DNA from: Veleropilina oligotropha
Taxonomy: Eukaryota
Direction of reading: 5' to 3'
DNA length: 64,000 nucleotides
Assembly (NCBI GenBank): GCA_048128005.1
Contig: JBEUKZ010000047.1
Span: forward strand, 434,001 to 498,000
Position numbers and translations under genes: made by a program. Within the stretch, counting starts at the first letter, position 1. Each line of letters opens with the position of its first letter. Below the pieces are notes generated by a model. It saw only the letters and a program-made list of their open reading frames with translations, ran no database searches and was not told the origin of the DNA. Below are positions 57,567-64,000 of this stretch, piece by piece.

Positions 57567-59364
57567 TTGAATTGAATTGATGTTTAACGACCACGCCGAC
57601 ACTATAATGGTCATAATCGGGTCGGTCAAGTTAATTATATAATAGTTTAATATAAAAAGATAAAAGTTGTGATACATATTTAATAATAAAATGAAACAGG
57701 TGTGAAAAATAATAAAACGAATCAATATATTTACAAGTAAAATAGGCAATGCAAATTTGGATAAAAGCAAATCAATAAAAGGAAAATTAACATGGTATAT
57801 TTACAGGTTAAAACGATATATATGCAAAGCAATAAAATTAAAATAAAAACAAGTATAATAATAAAAACAAGATATCATATTTGTGAAATAAAATATAAAT
57901 TATAACTTGTAAAAAATATTTACTTGTTTTAAAAACTCAAATATGTTTTCGAGCTTAGTGAATTTAAATAACTCTTGGAGTGAGTTTACCCTAAAGTGCT
58001 TTTGGCGTGCGAGATCCAAATCGACACAATCCAATAATATATGTTTAATTGTTAGGGCAGTTGCACAAGGAATACACTCAGGTGGAGGCTCCCCTTTAAG
58101 CAAGTAGGAGTGAGTGTAGTATGAATGCCCAATTCTCAGTCTGGCCAAGACGACCTCCTCTCGCCGAGATGGCCTGCAAGAGGGTCCCCAGTCACCAAGA
58201 AGAGGTTGGACAATCTGCAGTTTATTCCTTGTGCATTCACTCCAAGAGTGCTGCCAAGTAGAATTTATATATTTGTTTATGCTTTGTTTAAAATCAGTGT
58301 GGGGCAATTTGCAGTTTAGTGTGTGGTTAAAATGCGAGGCTGCCTTGGCAGCTTGGTCAGCCTTCTCATTACCCTGGATACCGATATGGCTCGGTATCCA
58401 GCATAAAATAATGTCATTATCCGGTAAAAGGTTATTATATTTAATTAAAATATCTATAATAATAGGGTTTCTATTCACCCCCCTCAATGCCTGTAATCTA
58501 GAGAGGGAGTCTGAATAGATAATAAAACGCTTGCTATTACTCATTGATATAAAATTGAGCGCAAGCTCGATTGCCTTCAATTCTGCAGTAAATATAGTCG
58601 CACTGCCTGACAGACGGTTTTGAAAACATTGTCTACCAGTAACAGCGGCTGCTCCTACTAATTCTGCATCTTTTGAACCATCTGTATATATGCTTGCACG
58701 ATCTGAATATTTTAAATTGAGATCGTGCACTTTTAAGAGATAATCTGATGTGTCTGTGTTTGATTTTTTTAGTGAAGTAAGATGTAGGTCAATTTCCGGT
58801 AATTTAAGTGTCCATGGTGGAGTATCCGGAATGTAATTTGTTCTAATTTGAGCTACATGTATGCCAGTGCTTTCTAGTGCAGGTTTTATGCGAATGCCGA
58901 ATGGTGCAATTTTGTTTGGTTTTGCCAGAAATAAATTTTCGTAATTAGGTGTAAATACAGTTTCGAAAGCTGGGTTAGATGGGTGTGATTTTAATTTGAT
59001 TGCATATTGCAGTGATAATTTTTCACGTCTGTGTGTAAGAGATGGTTCATTTGCTTCAACATAGAGGCTTTCCATGGGTGATGTGCGGAAAGCCCCTAGT
59101 GCAAGTCGAAGCCCTTGGTTATGGATTGGATCAAGCATGTTAAGATATGAATGGCGAGCAGAGCCATATACTATGCTCCCATAATCAAGTTTTGATCTAA
59201 TTAATGATCTGTATAGTCGTAATAAAACTGTTTTATCAGCACCCCATTCAGTATTAGAAACTACTTTCATTATATTTAAAGCTTTTTTACATTTAGCTTT
59301 AATGTATTTTAAATGCGGTATGAAAGACAGTTTTCGGTCAAATACAAGGCCCAAAAATTTAAAT
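57567..59364 (-). mobile_element. Element F: 5'-truncated A-family copy (ORF2 remnant 57900-59364 including RNase H)
   Basis: (TCAAT)n tail variant, same 3' motif; ORF begins at FKFLGLVFD. Confidence 0.93.
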
Positions 59365-60799
59365 AATAAAAAAAAACGCACACGAGATGATCAAAACGCA
59401 TAGTCAACGGGCACATATGTGGTCAAGATTAGGACAACATCTTCAAAACCGAAGAAAATATCTAAAGGACAGGGAAAGCGGAAAGCGATCACAATTCATT
59501 GCAACACATTCAGGACCAACTTCTAACCATTCTTCTGTACTGGTACCTACTCCTGTCCATCAAAGGCCACTAGATCTGATGAAGTGAATACCATGGCCAC
59601 CTGCCAATTGCAACCAACAGCCGCCAAAATGTCAACGTACAAAATCCCGAAAAAACAAGTACCGGTGTCAAACCAACCGCCTGTCTTATGCTTCCAGCCA
59701 GGACAGTTGGTAAACATTATGAATCGCAATGGAACGTGTCTTGGAACTGGAATTTTCATATCTAATAAAGATAATGTGTTCGCTGAAGTTGTTTTGAAGA
59801 CAAAATTATCTCAAATGTTGTCTAGTGATCATGATTCAGATGAGTTGCCACAACCATGCGGTAGTATTTATCACTTCAACCAACTAGAAAATAAACAGTT
59901 GTTTACCTGGAAACTTGTTAATATGACCTTCTGGCCGTGGGAAAGCTGTCCCAATGAAGACTCCTGATCAGCCACAGGAACACGCAGTCAAATGATCCTC
60001 TTTGAATAAAAAAGTACTGGTAACCACATGCACTGCACCATCTACAATTAAACCACCGGGCATGCCAGTACAAGTGTGCACCACTAGTACTGATCATGAA
60101 TTCGAAATTGCATTGATGGAATGGGCGGAAGGCAAATTGTATCTTGGTGTATTAAGTAAAGATGGAGCAGTTGTTAAAAATTGTCCTAACTATATTGCAA
60201 AGATCACCAATGATGACGTAAAGATTTGTTCATCTATAAAATGGAACATGCTCTCTCTGAATGCCCAAGACATCCAGAGAAATCCTGATATGAAATATTG
60301 TGTGTGGAAATCAGCTGCATCTGGGCCATTGGCAAGTTATACAAAAGGAGCAAAGGAAATTAGAATCAGTAATGTGGCAGCATTCCTCGCTGAGATGAAG
60401 GATCACTTGATAACATATGATGATCAATAGTGATTTATTTCCTCTGCAGGCCAAGAAGATAGAGGAACTGGAGGCAGAGCTGGCCGCGTTCGAGAGGCAG
60501 CGACGGGCCACAGAGTCCGAGCTGCAGGATGAGATCGCCAACAGCAAGTAAGTCAAGAAAAACAGCAAGTTAGTCTAGTACAAGGCTCTCGCTTGACTGC
60601 TCTGTCTAGCAGGAGTGAGTTTGAATTCTTGTTTTGGCGCTTTGTTCAGTAGACAGTCATAGTCGATCATAACTGTCTGGTGACGGCGTATTTCCCAGGT
60701 TTTCTTCCCATGACGATATGGACTTGTCCAGGTATGAACTTGAAGATTGTTAAGAACGTGATATTTGTATCGAGCGTAACCAAATTCAACAGCTAGTAA

Positions 60800-61486
60800 C
60801 CAAACCTAATGGATGTAATGTAGAAACAGGCCAAACCTAATAGATGGATGTCACGTAGAAACAGGCCAAACCTAATAGATCGGATGTCATGTAGAAACAA
60901 GCCAAACCTAATAGATGGATGTCACGTAGAAACAGGCCAAACCTAATAGATGGATGTCATGTAGAAACAGGCCAAACCTAATATATCGGATGTCACATAG
61001 ATAGAAACAAACCAAACCTAATAGATCGGATGTCACGTAGAAGTTTACAGGCCAAACCTAATAGATAGATGTCATGTAGAAACAGGCCAAACCTAATAGA
61101 TCGGATGTCACGTAGAAACAGGCCAAACCTAATAGATGGATGTTACGTAGAAACAGGCCAAACCTAATAGATCGGATGTCACGTAGAAACAGGCCAAACC
61201 TAATAGATGGATGTCATGTAGAAACAGGCCAAACCTAATAGATCGGATGTCACATAGAAACAAACCAAACCTAATAGATCGGATGTCACGTAGAAGTTTA
61301 CAGGCCAAACCTAATAGATAGATGTCATGTAGAAACAGTCCAAACCTAATAGATGGGATGTCACGTAGAAGTTTACAGGCCAAACCTAATAGATGGGATG
61401 TCACGTAGAAACAGGCCAAACCTAATAGATGGGATGTCACGTAGAAACCGACCAAACCTAATAGATGGATGTCACGTAGAAACAGG
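60800..61486. repeat. Duplicate of the 35-39-bp minisatellite
   Basis: Same unit order as 52497-53183. Confidence 0.95.
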
Positions 61487-61704
61487 AGAGAAGTAGCATT
61501 CCAGGCATCCTACTTGTGCAAAAGAAAATCAAAATCAATTTAGCATAAACCACAATTACAGTAAAATGTCAGACTACATATTCACATTCTAATGATCTGA
61601 CTAATCATATCTCATCCATTTTTTATAAGTTTAATATTTTATAGGATGAATTACTATGCTACTTAGGATTTGTCTTTGATAAGACCCCCGATACCACGGT
61701 AGAG

Positions 61705-62235
61705 GTGGCACCAGGGTTCTACAGCTTCGATTCCCTCGCCAAGACGATGAAGAGGTCCCTAGCTAACATGCGGCTCGAGGTAAGCCGTGCTACCGGACTC
61801 GCGCAACTCGTCCCAGAGGGGACTCGACTGGCGATAAGCGACGATATACGGAAGCTCCTCGGCTTCACCCTTTCAGGGTGGCTACTTATGACTTATGACA
61901 AGAACAAGCCTGTCGGGTCGCTGCAATGGCTACGCCCCGGGACTTATGACGGGAACAAGCCCGTCGGGTTTGCCATAGCAGCGACCCTACACGTTCATCT
62001 GGAGAAGCTCGGAACAACACACAATATGAAGGACGGCGCCCCGAGCAATATTCTCGCGGTGGTCCCTATAACGTCGCAGATGTTCGGTGAGGCTGCCCAC
62101 TATCATAGCTATCCAGCCTTCCGGCGACTACAGGCGGGGCTACTCACATAATTGAAGGTGTATGTCACCGACTCAGATGGTAACCCGCTCGACAATCACG
62201 GTATGCCTATTTCCGCCGTCCTTGAGATACAATGA
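61705..62235 (+). pseudogene. Duplicate of the capsid-like ORF with a nonsense change
   Basis: GAA to TAA at 62149-62151. Confidence 0.45.
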
Positions 62236-63095
62236 GCAGCATCTACGGGACCCCACTCCTGCTTGCAGATGAGCCTTCAGCGACCCAGTGGCACTTTGTT
62301 CTTAGTTGTGGGGAAGCGCCCAAGAAGGGGCTGGCGAGGAGGGAGTTTATGATCCCAAATGCTGGAGGTCGGTTTGGGTTGAACCCAGCCCTTCTAATGA
62401 TCCACATGACGCCGGTCCAGCCGGCCGGGGGCGCCCCCAAAGCGTGTTCCATAAATAGACTTGGCCTGGATTCGGACAAGTTGACCCTCGCCTTTGCCAT
62501 CAAGGCCCCCTGGGTGAACACCCTTTATTTGAACGTTACGGTAGACATTCGGAATCAACAGGCTGAACAATACAGCCACGGGGGGGACTAGGGGGTTTTG
62601 AAATAATCTAGGGGGGGCCCGGGGAGACCGGGGAGGCTCCCAGCCCTATTTCCGAACTGAGGGGCTCGTAATATATACCCGCAGGGCATTTTAGTAGAAT
62701 TCGGGGAGGGGGGCCCGGGGGGTCGCCGGGGAGGCTCCCAGCGCCATCCGAAACTAGGGTAGCTTAGAATAGTCTATTTGGGGGCATTTTATAAGAATGG
62801 GCCAGGGGCGCGTCTATCAATTGTATTGTTTAATTTTGCTTCCTGGTCTCGAAAGAAGGCGGCGCAAAGGCGGTGGGTGCGGTAAACGCAAGGTGGACAG
62901 TAAGTACAGCATGCGCAAGGTGGATAGTAAGTGGTCGGGGGGGGTACGGCATGTTCAAGTTGGATAGTAAGTGGTCGAATAGATACGGCAAGGTTCACAG
63001 GGTGGCCATAGCTTTTAACATGGTCAACAGGGTAGCCATAGCTGTGTGATCGACAAGGTGACCATAGGTGTTTAAAAATAACCTCTTAAAAAAAT

Positions 63096-63121
63096 TTGCT
63101 GCAGTTTCGAGAGAAACAGCC
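63096..63121. repeat. Second copy of the right TIR of the composite element
   Basis: Identical to 54787-54812 with the same downstream flank. Confidence 0.85.
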
Positions 63122-64000
63122 ATATATATCTATATTTGGAAAAGACAAACGGAACAGGCCCAATGCCAAATTTTATTTTGTTGAGAATTCCAAGTATTGC
63201 ACCATAGTATTAATAAACTCAGCGTCACTCTTAACCTGTCCATTGCAGAGTAGGCATTGAGTTCAGTCTGACCCCAAACGACGTACACTGCCTCCCACCG
63301 AACCTGGCGTTCCTGTATGAGTTCACCAACAAAATGATGAAGAAGGATAAGAACACAGTGTGAGTTCTCTGATGTTTATGGCTACACAGTGTGAATTCTT
63401 GGATGTTATGTTTACAAATATATAATTATTTGGGTATTGATTGCATTGAACTTGTGATTGTATTCATTCAGGATCTTCCATTTTTTTCTCCATTTTGTTT
63501 GATTGGCGTCATCGACTGAGCAGTTACCACTCCAGGCATCCTACTTGTGCAAAAGAAAATCAAAATCAATTTAGCATAAACCACAATTACAGTAAAATGT
63601 CAGACTACATATTCACATTCTAATGATCTGACTAATCATATCTCATCCATTTTTTATAAGTTGAATATTTTATAGGATGAATTACTATGCTACTTAGGAT
63701 TTGTCTTTGATAAGTATGGATTTGTCTTTGATAAGTATGCAAAGAGCGATGGCAGTCCTTAGCAGTGATCCATATGTACGAGAATAGTATTGGTGAATCT
63801 AGTACATTAATTGTATGCGTGGCGAAGTCTGCCTATATGTTTTCGCACAACTCAAAAAGTCTTATCTTGTGTACAGATGTGCCATGGGACGAAGGAGAAG
63901 CCTATTTATTTTAACTTCAGGCACTTTGGTTGAATAGGTAAAGAATTTAACCATTGTATAATGCTTCATTATGTTACTCATGTTAGTTATGTGCTTACCG

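Larger units (their letters stand above)
55223..63531. repeat. Tandem duplication unit (variant of about 42173-55222); a further unit starts at about 63532
   Basis: Offsets 13139 (left part) and 8303-8309 (right part) relative to the first unit. Confidence 0.9.

Overview
Eukaryotic (metazoan, invertebrate-like; inferred from element families) repeat-dense DNA with no intact cellular gene. 3459-27717 is a Russian-doll stack of four I-group (Nimb/I-like; zinc-knuckle ORF1 plus APE-RT-RNase H-CCHC ORF2) non-LTR retrotransposons: B sits inside A, and C and D sit inside B. Each has a readable TSD, and the empty site is visible in a duplicated segment near 41.9 kb. A fifth full-length copy (E, nearly identical to B) and two 5'-truncated copies (F, G) lie nearby; all seven are on the minus strand. 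Element D starts exactly with a canonical HDV-like ribozyme fold. The related A/B/C/E family has a homologous 5' UTR but a different ~75-nt structured module in the same slot, a candidate uncharacterised ribozyme or 5'-end-defining RNA. Also present: a ZNF862-like hAT element with a 5-bp TSD inside a CR1-group LINE that carries two SINE insertions, a non-autonomous hAT-like element with a 6-bp TSD, a decayed Tc1/mariner, two Helentron-associated-type elements and several minisatellites. A 12.7-kb TIR-bounded insertion in a (TA)n tract carries phase-compatible exons and a Polinton/adintovirus minor-capsid-like ORF, and this last region is tandemly duplicated. All calls were made by eye from the sequence and ORF track; no searches were run.
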